A model generated the notes under the pieces. The model was not told where the DNA came from. It saw nothing but the letters and a program-made list of their open reading frames with translations, and made no database searches. The position numbers and the translations under genes are program-made. Source: Marsupella aquatica (Eukaryota; Plantae; Marchantiophyta). From it: DNA of 64,000 nt. The stretch covers positions 23,510,558-23,574,557 of the forward strand of contig OZ316895.1 of NCBI GenBank assembly GCA_973895155.1. The letters are read 5' to 3'. Positions 13,330 through 29,951 of this stretch are shown here, in pieces. How positions within the stretch are numbered: position 1 is the stretch's first letter; the number at the start of each line of letters is the position of its first letter.

Positions 13330-16300
13330 GGGAACCACAGCTTGGCCCTAAGTTAACAGGGGAGGAGAGACGTTGCATGCATTGATTCCTGAAGAGTTAT
13401 TGGAATTGTTTTGCATTCAGCATGAAGGATTTGGGGACATTGAAGGGCCCTGGTATTCAGATTGAATTGGCTAGTGATGCGCCAATCTTTCATAGACCAT
13501 ACCGTTATAGTGACATGGAGAGAGCTCTGATTCAAAGCAAAACTCAAGATTTGTTGGAGGTTGGATTGGTGGAGATTTCATATGGGGAGTATGCATCTGC
13601 CACAGTGATGCCAGCCAAGAAGGATGTGCATGGCAATTACATAGATAGGCGCATGTGTGGTGATTACAGACCTATTAATCGCCAGACAAAATCTGATCGA
13701 TATGCCATGCCCACACCTGAGGAGATCTTTGATGCTGTGGGGCATGCAAAGGTTTTCAGTTCATTGGATCTGAGGGCAGGATACCATCAGCTTCCAATTA
13801 GGCATGCTGACAGGTCCAAGACAGCATTCTGGGGGATTGATTCTTATGGCAAAGATCGTTTGTATCAATGGTTATTCTTACCATTTGGGTTGAAGAATGC
13901 ACCAGCTGAGTTCCAGAGAGTCATGGATTGAATCCTTGCAGGTTTGGATTTTGTCAGATTATATTGATGATATTTTGGTCTATTCTTCTACTGTGGAAGA
14001 ACATCAGCAGCACTTGCAGATTGTGTTGGAGAGATTGAGAGCACATGGGTTGAAGCTCCATCCTGGCAAGTGTAAGTTCTTCCAAGACCAGATTGAGTAT
14101 TTGGGCCACACTATATACCCAGGGGGATTGGGTGTACAACAGACTAAAGTGGAGGCCATTACACAAATTCCTCATCCTACTGATGTGAGCAGAGTTCGTG
14201 CATTCTTGGGATTGGCGAGCTACTATAGGAGGTATGTTAAAGGATTTAGCCAGCTTGCTAAACCTTTAACCATACTCACTAAGTTGGATCAGGAATGGAC
14301 TTGGGGTGATGACCAAGAGCATGCCTTTCAGGAGTTGAAGCAAAGGTTGGCATCATCCCCTATTTTGAGAAGACCCATTTCAGGCAGACCATTTCAACTA
14401 CACACTGATTGGAGTGGAGTAGGACTTGGAGCAGTGCTGACTCAGAAAGATGATGAGGGGAATGAGTTTGTTGTGGCTTATGCCAGTAGATCAAACAATG
14501 CAGTAGAGGCTAAGTATAGCTCTTATGAGGGAGAGTATTTGGCAGCAGTGTGGGCTGTTGCACACTTTCGTTGCTACTTGTTTGGTAACCCCTTTACCTT
14601 GATCACTGATCATCAGCCTCTTAAGTGGTTAATGGAGTCTGACAAGCTTGCAGGGAAGCTTGCACGATGGGCATTGTTGTTACAGGAGTATGATTTCCAG
14701 GTGGTGCATAGGCCTGGAAAAGTGAACTTGGATGCAGATGGATTAAGCCGCAATCCATGTACCAGTCAGCAAGATGAGACTGGAGCTAGATGGCATGATA
14801 AGTCAGATAAGGAGATGGTGCTAGGATGGCATGCATCTGTCTTTCTTTGTTGGGTGCCAGCATACAGTGGATCTGTGGACTCTACCTCATTGGATGGAGT
14901 GGATGATGAGTCTTCAGATGTGGATGTTGGTGAGGTAACTTCTGGACAACAAGATATTCACAATGATGTGAGAGTGTTGAAATATCTGCGCAGTGGTTCT
15001 ATTGTTGGCAGTGTTGATGTCAAGGAACGTGACAGGGTTCTACAGAGAGCCAAGAGGTTTCGATGGGAGAGAAACCATCTTTTGAGAGTACTGCATGATG
15101 GTAGGATGTTGGTGGTACCAAAACCATCACAACGAGTACATTTGGTGCGACATGCGCACGAGGAGTTGGGTCACTTTGGTGTGAAGCGCACTTACAGCTT
15201 GCTGCAGACACAGTATTGGTGGCGTGGTATGCACACTCATGTCCAGCAGTTGATAGCTAAGTGTGTGGTATGTGACAGAGTGAGAGCATCATTTAATGCT
15301 CCCACTCCCCAGTTGCACCCGTTACCGATCATGGGTTTGGGATATCGTTGGAGTTTGGATTTTGTTGGTCCATTACCTCTTACCCAACGTCATAATCGAT
15401 ATGTTTTGGTCATGGTGGAGCACTTCTCCAAGTGGATTGAGCTAGTGGCGTAGCCAGATAAAGCCAGTGGAGGAGTTGCTGCTACATTTTTGGATTGTGT
15501 ACTCAGTCATTTTGGAGCACCAACTGAGGTGTTGACTGATCAGGGAACTGAGTTCCGTGGAGAGTTTGAGAGTTTGTGTGAACAAGCTTTGATTGATCAT
15601 CGCACTACCTCTCGTGATCATCCTGAGGCAGATGGATTAGCTGAGAGAGTTGTGCAAACTGTGAAGAGAGGATTGCGTAAGTATGGCTTGCAGGTTGGTC
15701 ATCTGGGAGATTGGGATCTCCAGCTACCTTGGTTAGCTATGGGCTATCGTTTCAGTCGGCAAGCATCACTTGCATCCTTCTCACCCTACTTTTTGCTCTA
15801 TGGTAGAGAGCCAGATTTCCCAACAGCTATTCGTCGTCATGCTGCACCAGTTGTGAACTTGGATGATCCTGATGTTTGGGTCAAGGTGTGTTCAGAGAGA
15901 GCACGGGTATTTCAGAGAGTGATGCCCATGGCTTTTGACAACCTTGCCATTGCCCAACATCGTGATACTTTGAGGTATGCCACTATTCATGGAGGAGGTT
16001 ACCGTGCAAGCATTCGACGATTTCATCCTGGTGATTATGTTTATTTGCAGCAGACAGCACCCACGACACTTGATGTGACCGCAGACCGGACAATCTTACG
16101 TGTGCGTGAAGTGTTGCCTTCTAGTGTCCTGATGTTGGAGGGACGCGATGGTATGGTTTGGAAGGATCATGTGCGCAACTGTGCACCATGTCACCTTCCC
16201 AACATTGATGGTACAGTAGATCCAAGCTTGGCACATGTTCGTGCTGGCTTGAAATGTATGTTGTGTGGATCTGCTCAGGGAGTAGCTACTATGTTGATTT

Positions 16301-16395
16301 GTGATAAGTGTTCTAGAGGATGGCACATGTCATGTTTGACACCACCATTGCAGGTGATTCCTAGTGGATCATGGTTGTGTCCTCAGTATCGGTGA
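13330..16395 (+). pseudogene. Retrotransposon reverse transcriptase, RNase H, integrase and C-terminal PHD finger
   Basis: RT: RMCGDYRPIN, SSLDLRAGYHQ, LPFGLKNAP, YIDD. RH: LHTDWS, TDHQPL, DADGLSR. INT: HEELGH..CVVC, SLDFVG, TDQGTEF, DGLAER. PHD at 16255-16389. Stops at 13929 and 15451 and a frameshift near 13955. Confidence 0.95.
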
Positions 16396-16570
16396 AGCCG
16401 ACTAGTTATCATTTGTGTTCTCTTGGCAGATATGGATTGCAGGTAGGTGATCGATGGGGCTCACTTGCACCCGGCCTCCTGATCTTCACACCTAAAAAGG
16501 TGTATATCAACCTTGTAGAACTCATGGCTAGCTAGAGTTAGGGGACCTTACTCCCAGCTAGGGGGGCGAT

Positions 16571-17174
16571 TGTGGGTTTTGGACATGTGTGGACATGAGT
16601 TCCACTTGTATTCCATTCTCTTGTATTTGTGATGTGGCAGTGTGACTATGTCTGGATGTATGTGACAAGCGATGTATGTTGTGTAGCGATATGTATGCGC
16701 ACGACAGCTGTCACACCATTCTGAGTAGTGTAGTAGTATGAGTGCTATTAGAGTATGTACGTTTGGTATGAGTGCTATTGGAGCCGATAAGGTTCTGTCA
16801 GGTTTGTGTGAGAGGGTACTTCTCACTTGTGAGGCATTGAAAGGTCATCTTTCAATGTTGAGCCTTGGAGAGAGAGGAGCTTGAGTGTGGCTATGGTGGC
16901 TGTGAGCTCCGCTTGTGTAACGTGGATTCCTTGAGTAGTGCAAGGTGCGTTGGCTTGACATACGTGTGTGATCGGATCGGTGCGGGATCGATGGGGTATT
17001 GTTGACCGGGATCGTTGTGCCGATTGTATGGAGATTATTGTGGGTTTTGGACATGTGTGGACATGAGTTCCACTTGTATTCCATTCTCTTGTATTTGTGA
17101 TGTGGCAGTGTGACTATGTCTGGATGTATGTGACAAGCGATGTATGTTGTGTAGCGATATGTATGCGCACGACA
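16571..17174 (+). repeat. Right terminal region A1 (16571-16706) - GC - B2 (16709-17037) - A2 (17039-17174)
   Basis: A1 and A2 are identical 136-bp copies and B2 matches B1. The A1/B2 junction is the palindrome GACAGCTGTC. Confidence 0.93.
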
Positions 17175-18359
17175 AATGCATAGTCCACATTTGGATTGAG
17201 GCAATATGAAATTTTGCCTCTACTTTTACTAAAACTATTAAAATAAAAAATCTCTTCCGCCTTTAAGCATGTTCACACCATGTTATTGAAGGTGTTCTGG
17301 GCGTGTTCTGGGCAATAATAGCCCCTCAAAACTTGACCTAAGACCCTCCTTTTTAGGGGCATTATGGTCCACAATGTCCACTTACTAGGGCATTACTTTG
17401 TAAATCATATTGAGATTGGAGTGTACTTCCTTGCCAGAGTTTTCTAGCCTTGGAGCTTTCTAGCCTTGGAGCTTGGAGGTGTCGCACTAAGGAGGGTCCC
17501 ATATCACATGCAACATTTTGGGGTAATAAATACCGCCAAAAAAAATCATTACCAAAATAAATTTTACTCCTTTCTTTTGGAATATTTCAAATTCATGTTT
17601 TGAGACCCAATAAAATTCTTGCTAAAATATATATTACTCCTTTCTTTTGGAATTTTTCAAATTAGTGTTTTGAAAACCCCATTTTTCCTGATAATGCAAA
17701 AGTGTATTAAGAAACACCTGATACTATTTGTATGCTAGAAACTATGATTGAAGGACTTAATTTGTGATTCTCTATTGATTGAATGATCATGTCTTGCATT
17801 TTTTCTAAATTTTTTTCCATGCCTCGAATGGTGTTTCCACAGACATAAATAATGTTTGATTTTATATGCCCTTGCAAATACATCTTACTGGCTGGAAAAA
17901 TTCATAAGTTACACACATTAATTGAGTATTCATCACACACTATTTGTGGATCACCAAAAATAATCTTCCTTATTTTAATTTAGAATAACATATATTTACT
18001 CTCACTTTTTATATAGTCTCACACACATTAATTATGGTGATATCCTTCAAAATCCTTTGTTCATAAATACTGTGTGTGATACTAATTACGGTAATCAGTG
18101 TAGTTTCCGATGTGTCATGTTTTGCTGTGACACCTAGCTGCATGCACTTCCCTCTTCAAAAGCAAAGATAACGGGGCAAAATGTGAGAGCAAACAATGGC
18201 CTAGACTGGAGGGCCAAGAGCAATTCTTCGCTTGCAACTGTGAAATATCCGTCGCCATTGTTTTCTGCGAGAATGTTGATAGATTCTTCATCAAACTGAG
18301 AATTGTGTTCGAATTGAAATCTCACTGAGTTTCCCACAAAGTGAGATTGATGATTTGAT

Positions 18360-18548
18360 TGGGTTACCCCACAAGTAAGTATCTCCGGAGAAGGTGATAT
18401 CGAAGTACAAACAAGTATGCATATGCAGAACCCTGATGGAGAATCACTCAGTCTGGTAATTGTTTGTTCATCAGATCATCACCAGGGTTATCTCATTTAC
18501 ACCTTTGTTTGTACTTAGATAGCTCCGTCTCTGGAGAGGGGTAGCTCA
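18360..18548. repeat. Imperfect long inverted repeat (MITE-like or hairpin)
   Basis: TGGGTTACCCC..TCTCCGGAGA..TATCGAAGTACAAACAA..AACCCTG pairs with CAGGGTT..TTGTTTGTACTTAGATA..TCTCTGGAGAGGGGTAGCTCA. Confidence 0.6.
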
Positions 18549-19527
18549 TTCCCTAGATGGGGGTACTGCACTTCTTTATGGCTTGAATAATCTTTGAACA
18601 GATAGTGTTCCCTTTGCAGCGGGATGAGCACACTCAGCAGAGTAAAGCAAAGCTTTCCAGCATGTTGCCGACATTGCACACTTCATTTTACTGTTCCGTG
18701 GGGCGAGAGGCATTCGTTGTCGTCTCTCCTACAGTAGTGGTAGTGGGTGCAGCTGGTGGCAACGAGGAGAAACCAGAGTTCCAGACCCGTCTACAAGAGT
18801 CATCTGATCATCTCGTAGGACCAACACGATCATGGTATTGGGCAGAAGCTGGCCGTCTTTAGGCACAATTTGGAGTTGTATGTCGAATTGTCGACCATCT
18901 GGCAGGTAGAAGAAGACGACGACCAACAGCTAGAGCCAGTCCAACAGCCCAACAGCAACCAAGTAAGTTCAGTTTGGTCATCGTAGAGTACACAACAGAG
19001 TAGAACAGGAGGATAAGTTCCAGTAGGGTCTAGCTTCATTATTCAAAGAGGAGTAGTGGGCATTCTTATCGCACAAGGAGGAGCCAAGGGAAGCAACTTG
19101 AGATCGAGAAACTACTGTAGAAACGCTTATTGCCATCGTTCTTCCAATATCAAGAGCAGAGGATTGCAGAGGAGAAGCAAGAAGACGAGGGACGACATTG
19201 TCAAGCCTGTTCTCCAGTTGAAGGCAGAATTACCGTACAGTGGTAGAGAGCCATTGGACTCCGCAAGCAGAGTTGACACATGCGTTGCAAATTTGAGTCC
19301 AACAATGACGCTTCGGGGGCAGCCTTTATAACTCTATCCACTGTAAACAGAGCCTTCTAATGAGGTTGGGGTAAACCGATGAGCTTCCTTATGCCACGCT
19401 TTCTTCCCAACCCATTATTCTAACGATCTCCAACTCCAGCAAAAACCAGTTTCTTAAACTATAGCAGGTCCGTGCTAGGGTCAGTAGAAGGATTATCCAT
19501 CGGGTTTGAGTAGTGGGTTTTGAAGAA

Positions 19528-19929
19528 ATGGCATCGCCAAAGGTGCAGTTGATCAGAAAGTATTTTAACCTGATGATGAATTTCGACAGCGAGCCCAGGT
19601 CATACGAGGCGATACTGCATAAGGACATGGTGGAGACGGAGTACCCAAATCTGCTATCGCCAATCACCCGGAATCGCAGCGCCGAGGAAGGGTTGAAGGG
19701 AACAGCTATGGGGAAGCAGTTTCTCAAGTTCCAGAACTTCGCCATCCAAAAGGTGTTCGAGTCGAAGGATGCTGTCACTGTGGAGGTGATTTGGAGCGGG
19801 GAAGTGACAGCTGATATCGGTCCTCTGAAGACAGATCAGGCCCTTGAAGCTTTCGTCTGCTACGTCTTCGAGTTCAAAGATGGTCTCATACTCCATCAAC
19901 GCCATTATGACTGCTTCGGGCCTATTTGA
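19528..19929 (+). CDS. Intronless SnoaL-like / NTF2-fold protein (133 aa)
   Basis: ATG at 19528. Has the pattern of small bacterial NTF2-family proteins: EYPNLL, VTVEVIWSG, FEFKDGLILHQRHYDCF. Confidence 0.78.
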   Translation: MASPKVQLIRKYFNLMMNFDSEPRSYEAILHKDMVETEYPNLLSPITRNRSAEEGLKGTAMGKQFLKFQNFAIQKVFESKDAVTVEVIWSGEVTADIGPLKTDQALEAFVCYVFEFKDGLILHQRHYDCFGPI

Positions 19930-22669
19930 AACGTGAATTTCTTGATTTAAATCAATTGTCAATCAGTTCCTACTCACTGTCTGGTTGTGATTCTCCTTCA
20001 CATCGGATTCACCTCTATATCAAGGAGGGTCCGTCTCACTTCGATTTGTTCTTCATCAGGCAGCCATTTTGCCATCGATGCTGTTGACAAAGATTATTTC
20101 GAACGAGGAACTATTTAGAACCGATCTTGGTCATGATTGGTGTTTCTGTGCTGTGGCTTTTTCGACTGCGTTCGGACTTCTGAGAACACCTTGTCTTCGA
20201 AGGATCTCGTGGTACTTGTCCATTGCTAATTTCTTGAGTTATTGGAACCGCATTGAGGACAGTTCCATTGTAACACTCCCCATGTTTTATAATACCATTA
20301 ATGAATGAGTATCTTTCTAGAACCTTATTTCCATCCCCCAACCCCAAAGCGTTGGAGCCAAGGGAGATTGCGGTCTGTACAGTAGAGGTTTATGAGTGGA
20401 GTGGACCTCTTCCATTGCACTCTACCGAAACAGTGAGGGCCTCATGGTGGTTCCCAATATCAGATACTAATTTTCTTCCCCATATTGAGAGAGAGCAAAT
20501 AGGAGTGAGTTTTTTCCATGAATGTGGCACTGAGCCTTCTCAAAGATGTGTTCTTATCTCTTGAGTTGCTGCTCTGAAGGTTTTTGCACATGTTACTCCA
20601 TAGATTTTGGAAGAATGAAGTGCCCATGTTCTTCCCGAAGAGCGACATAGCCGTTGGAACCCTATGGGAGCATTTGGAACTTTTGGCCGTATCGAGGCAG
20701 GTTTTACCAATAGAGGGGTCATCAAGCAAGTTCATTGATAATTTTGACCAGCTGCCATCCAGTAGACTCCGGATGTAAGATAAGAGAAACAAAACCCTGA
20801 CATGTGCCCCCAACTCTGGAATGCCGTTCGGATTTCCTCCCGGGTAAGAAGCCCATGACCTTACCAGCAATCTTCAGGGTCAAGATGAATCCAAATGAGA
20901 GTTCTCACACCGGCATTTTCGTTCCATTGACTCAGTCAGCCATAGTTTTATTACTGTACATGAACTCATCGTTTCGTGACGTATGATTACGTTGCATTGC
21001 CCTCCAAGTATCTCTCCCAGTATCCCACATTTCCACTATGATCCGTTGTGTACTGCTGATGTACTACAATGTCACTGTGAGCATCCAGCAATAGTTGCTT
21101 TCTAAAGTTCTTCCGATGCTTCTGCTTTCGAGGTTCCAAAAAGGGAACGTTACTGAGAGAATTAAGTCAGATGGGGGGCTAGGAAACCGTCAAAACGAGT
21201 ACCCTAGTGATAGAGCGAATGTAACTGTGATCGTCGACGTAGTGAGCTAGATACGACATTGAGCTAGCCTTTTTCAGGGGAGTAGAGGCAAGGCCGGTCA
21301 GGGACTAACCCTGAGGTTTGTCGCCCTACTTCTGATACTAGTGTAGTAACTAGCGACTGTTTCCTATCAACTGTCAAGTTGGATATTGATGAGCTGAAAC
21401 ACAGTCCGGGTGAAGTTGCATCAGGGGCATGGCCTTTCTCGTACCAGGCATGTAGCGCCATTTAAGGCTGAAGATTGTTCCGGCCCTCCCTCTCTACCAT
21501 CCTCAAAGTTTTTCTGCGATTTCGTGATTGAAATTTTGGTCGTCCTCAATTCATATGCTCCCTCGATCAATGTCCCAAATGCTCTACTGTAGGTGCTAGA
21601 CTCCTCTCAAGCACCAGAGGTTGCTCGGCGAACACACAAAAGAGCTTGGTGTAGATGGCTGAACCACGAATAGGCAGAATCTCAGAGACTAAAGCACTCG
21701 CATCTTTATGCCGAATGATAGAGATCGGATGCACTCACTGGCCAGGGCGTTCCCCTCTCTTCCCTTATCAAATCTTTGGGTGTGCTGCCCGATGCTGGCA
21801 CATATTTGGGACGAGTTTGCAGCGCTATTTTCTGCCCCGGAAAGTGCAGGATAACGTGGTTAGGTCCAAACTCGGCATCATTTGCGGGCAAATTTATTCC
21901 AGCACAAATTGGTTTCTAGTTCACGAAGTCTGTCGCGGGGAGACGAAGACTAGAGTTTCGAGATAAAGTTCAACACCGATTCCGCGGAAAACATTGTTAC
22001 GAGACGATGATTGCAACAAGGGGCCACAAATCGAACACCTCCTCCATAAAGAAAAGTCGAATTCAAACTCGGATTGTAAAGAGATTTTTACTACGAGAAC
22101 ATAATTTTCTTCTGTGAATGTCGTAGGAAAGGACCTCAAGCACTCCAGACGAAGAAGTGACCCGGCATGATCGTTGGGTGACAGACTATCTACCACATTC
22201 ATGAAGAAAACGGTAGGGGCTCGAAATGAGCGAGCATAGAAGCAAAGCATTGGGTAAGAGATCATACACCACAATTTCTGCCAAAGCTGGTATGCACAGT
22301 TCCTTCCATCTATGTGTGGGGTAGAGGGATTTGAGCCCCACATAAAACCCCTGAAAAATATGCCGACAAAACATTATATCTCTCACCAGTGAAGCTTTCA
22401 GCACATATCCCTATGGTGTTCATTCTGCAAGTATCAAGTTGAGACGGTGGAAATGACTACACCAAAGTCCCCCGCTCACACTGTCTCGTTTAAAACATAA
22501 CTACTTGCAGAAGCTAAATCTAACGCCCAACTAATCACTGTTTTATATGATGAGAAAAGCAATTGCGGGCAGTGATGATGGACACAACTACACTAATGCT
22601 CACAATTCACCATCAAGAGCAACTCTTGGAAAGATGCCCAGGCTAACTTGTCCAATTCCCGGACTAGAT

Positions 22670-27234
<4,565 letters not shown>

Positions 27235-29283
27235 ACTGACTGTTGGAGTTCAACGAGCAGGCAAGAAACTTAATTCAAATTCCCAAAAACTATCGCAGCA
27301 TTGTCATCCCTTGCACATGGGTTCTACGAAAGAGCTTAGAATTTGCCAAAAGCATGACCACTCCGACCACTGCTAAAAATTCCTTTACATAACACGACAC
27401 TTAGCCAGTCCATGAAGTAGCTAGCTGGTGTGGTCTCCCAGCCCACCACCTTAGCTATCTAGTTGTCAATGGACGAATCTAGGAAGTACTTCCTGTTGGA
27501 CGGAGCTGTCAAGATGCTATGCAGGCACTCTGAGGGGGAACTTAGTGACCTCGTGACACCTCTCGCGTTTAGTCCTTCGTGGCAAGTGGGTTCTTCTCCG
27601 CTGTGCTCTCTCCTAGTCCTCTCGGTAGCTCGATTCCGGTTCGAGCTCTCCTTCTAATCCTCTAATGAACTTCTGTGCTGCTGTTCCGAGTACAGTCTCT
27701 GGAAAGGCCCTACAGAACTGTAGTTCTGAATATGATGAAGATCTTGCTGCTCAACCGTCTGGGATGGAATCCAGGCAACCATACGTCTGGGATGAAGTTC
27801 GGCAGCAGCAACGAGCTTGAGTCAGTGTGAGCGAGCCAGCTAGACGGGCAGACCCCTTTCCAGAAATCCCGGAACCTGGACGCTGCAGTTAGGGAGAGAT
27901 AGATAGAGGATAGATTGAGAGGGTGGATAAGTCATTGCTGCATTGTTGTTCTCTATCCACAGCTTCCTCCTTCACCTCATCCATCATCAAACCACCGGCA
28001 GCTTGCCTCCTGACAAGTTACACCCTCCTAATCCTCACAATCTGTCACTCATCCACCGCACCTCACCCCCTCTTTCGCTGTTCCCTTTCCCTCCTCGCCT
28101 TTCTCCTCTTCCTCCTCCTCCCCCGCTTCCTTATCGTTAGCTTTGCTTCATCCCCTTCTCCGCCTTCATTCCTCCCCACAATTCCCATCCACAATTCTAA
28201 CCCAATCCACTTCATTATTATTACTAATCACGCAGCCTGGAATTACGAAGCCACGCTACTTTTTCGTCTTCCTCAGTTCTCCTCTCTCCCCTCTTCGCTC
28301 CCCTCTCTGTCACCTTGCTTACCTCGTTTCCTCTTCGTTAGCTCCAAGTAACAGAGGAGGGAGCTCACACAGAGAACAAACGACACAGGGAGAGTTCGGA
28401 TAGGAGGGTGGTATCTGTGGAGCCAATGGGAGCAAGTCTAGATGAGCTGACGGGGCAGATATGGAGGTAGAGGCACCCGAATTCATAAGGCTCACAGTCG
28501 TCCACATTGCCCCTCCTACTACTCTCCTTTGTCATACTCATCACCACTTTCGCATTCTCCACCTCTTCCCCAATCCAATCATTACAGTCAGCCCCGTCTG
28601 CATATCCCCTGGTAGGAAGGCAACAGACACGCTTGCACTGTTGCACAGGTCAGAAGCAAGTAATGATAAAAGTAAAGTAAGCAGGCAGGCAGCCTACCCA
28701 GGTCCCAGGCCAAGCTGATGATAATAGACGGGCACACACACCACAAGCTTCCAAACGGGCAGCATGCCAACAAATCAGAATTGCCTCGTTGGGGTTTGTC
28801 TGTTGAGAGCCAGCCAGTGAGTGAGCCAGCCTCATTTTGCCATGGAACTGTAGCACACAGCCCATGCAAATTCGGCTAGCTACAGTCCACTAGACCACAG
28901 TCCACCAGAGGCCCACAGCGCTGGAGCTAGTGAGCTATAATAAAAGGGCCTATCTGGCTACTACTGCAATCACTAGAGTGGCTGAGATTTGTAGCTAAGG
29001 TGGGGCACTTTACCATCACTTTTTATGGAGTCATTCCATCTTTACTTATTTGACAGAAAGCTAAATAAGGTGGGGTGTCTTTTACCTTTGCTTTCCAATT
29101 TACTCCTCTTTTCTCTCTTTTTACCTAACTTTATATAGTTTCCATATGAGAGGTACTAGAAAAGTAGTTGTGGATTCATCGCAAAGGTTCTTTGGAGATT
29201 TTTTAAGATTGGCAGTTACTATATTAGCTTTAGTGTCCTGTCTTTGAGTATAAATAGAGGTGAGTAGATTCAAGTTGGTTACT

Positions 29284-29582
29284 TCATTTTTCAGAGACTC
29301 ACCCTGCCCCCATTCCCTATTTTCTGCTTGCACCCCCACCTTCAGTTGCGCCCCCTGAGTCCCCCAGAGTTAGGGTCTAGTGTCATTTTTCAGAGACTCA
29401 CCCTACCCCCATTCCCTATTTTCTGCTCACACCCCCAACTTCAGTCGCGCCCCCAGAGTCCCCCCAGAGTCAGGGTCTAGTGTCATTTTCCAGAGACTCA
29501 CCCTGCCCCCATTCCCTATTTTCTGCTTGCACCCCTAACTTCAGTTGTGCCCCCAGAGTCCCCCTAGAGTCAGGGTCTAGTG
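29284..29582. repeat. Tandem repeat, 3 x ~100 bp
   Basis: Unit TCATTTTTCAGAGACTCACCCTGCCCCCATTCCCTATTTTCTGC...AGGGTCTAGTG. Confidence 0.9.
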
Positions 29583-29779
29583 ATTTTCCTTTAGATTTGT
29601 AAGCCTTGAGGAGTAGCTTTGGATGTAATCATAAATTTAGATTGTGAAAGCAATACTTGAGTCCTCCAAGAAATGTCCCAAAAATGAATCCCCCCTTCTA
29701 AATCTATTGGGTCATGATATATCTTTCGGGCTGATTTCTTCAATTTGTATCTATTTGAAGCAAGTTGCTAAAGCCAATG

Positions 29780-29951
29780 CTTTCTCATCTGTAAGTTGAG
29801 TAGTAAGCTTTTGAATTTCTGATGTTCCGTTTATACACCTGCTTTATGAAGCTGCTATGTGGCGCATGCCCTTTCTCATCTGTAAGTTGAGTAGTAAGCT
29901 TTTGAATTTCTGATGTTCCCTTTATACACCTGCTTTATGAAGCTGCTATGT
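29780..29951. repeat. Tandem duplication, 2 x ~90 bp
   Basis: CTTTCTCATCTGTAAGTTGAGTAGTAAGC...GAAGCTGCTATGTG occurs twice. Confidence 0.85.

Larger units (their letters stand above)
6902..17174 (+). mobile_element. Ty3/Gypsy-type retrotransposon with split terminal repeats, encoding gag-PR-DNMT-RT-RH-INT-PHD (ORFs disrupted)
   Basis: Termini TGTC...GACA flanked by a 4-bp TSD AATG (6898-6901 and 17175-17178). Domain order PR-RT-RH-INT. Purine tract CTAGGGGGGCG at ~16558-16568. Confidence 0.95.

Noticed and set aside
6902-17174. DIRS/PAT/Ngaro tyrosine-recombinase element
   Set aside because: Despite the split repeats it encodes an aspartic protease and a DDE integrase, no tyrosine recombinase was seen, and it has TG..CA ends with a TSD.
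20069-22404. Cluster of short overlapping ORFs
   Set aside because: No recognisable motifs or consistent exon chain.
27923-28403. CT-rich plus-strand ORFs or a miRNA precursor
   Set aside because: Low-complexity promoter/UTR-like sequence; no known plant miRNA or convincing hairpin was recognised.
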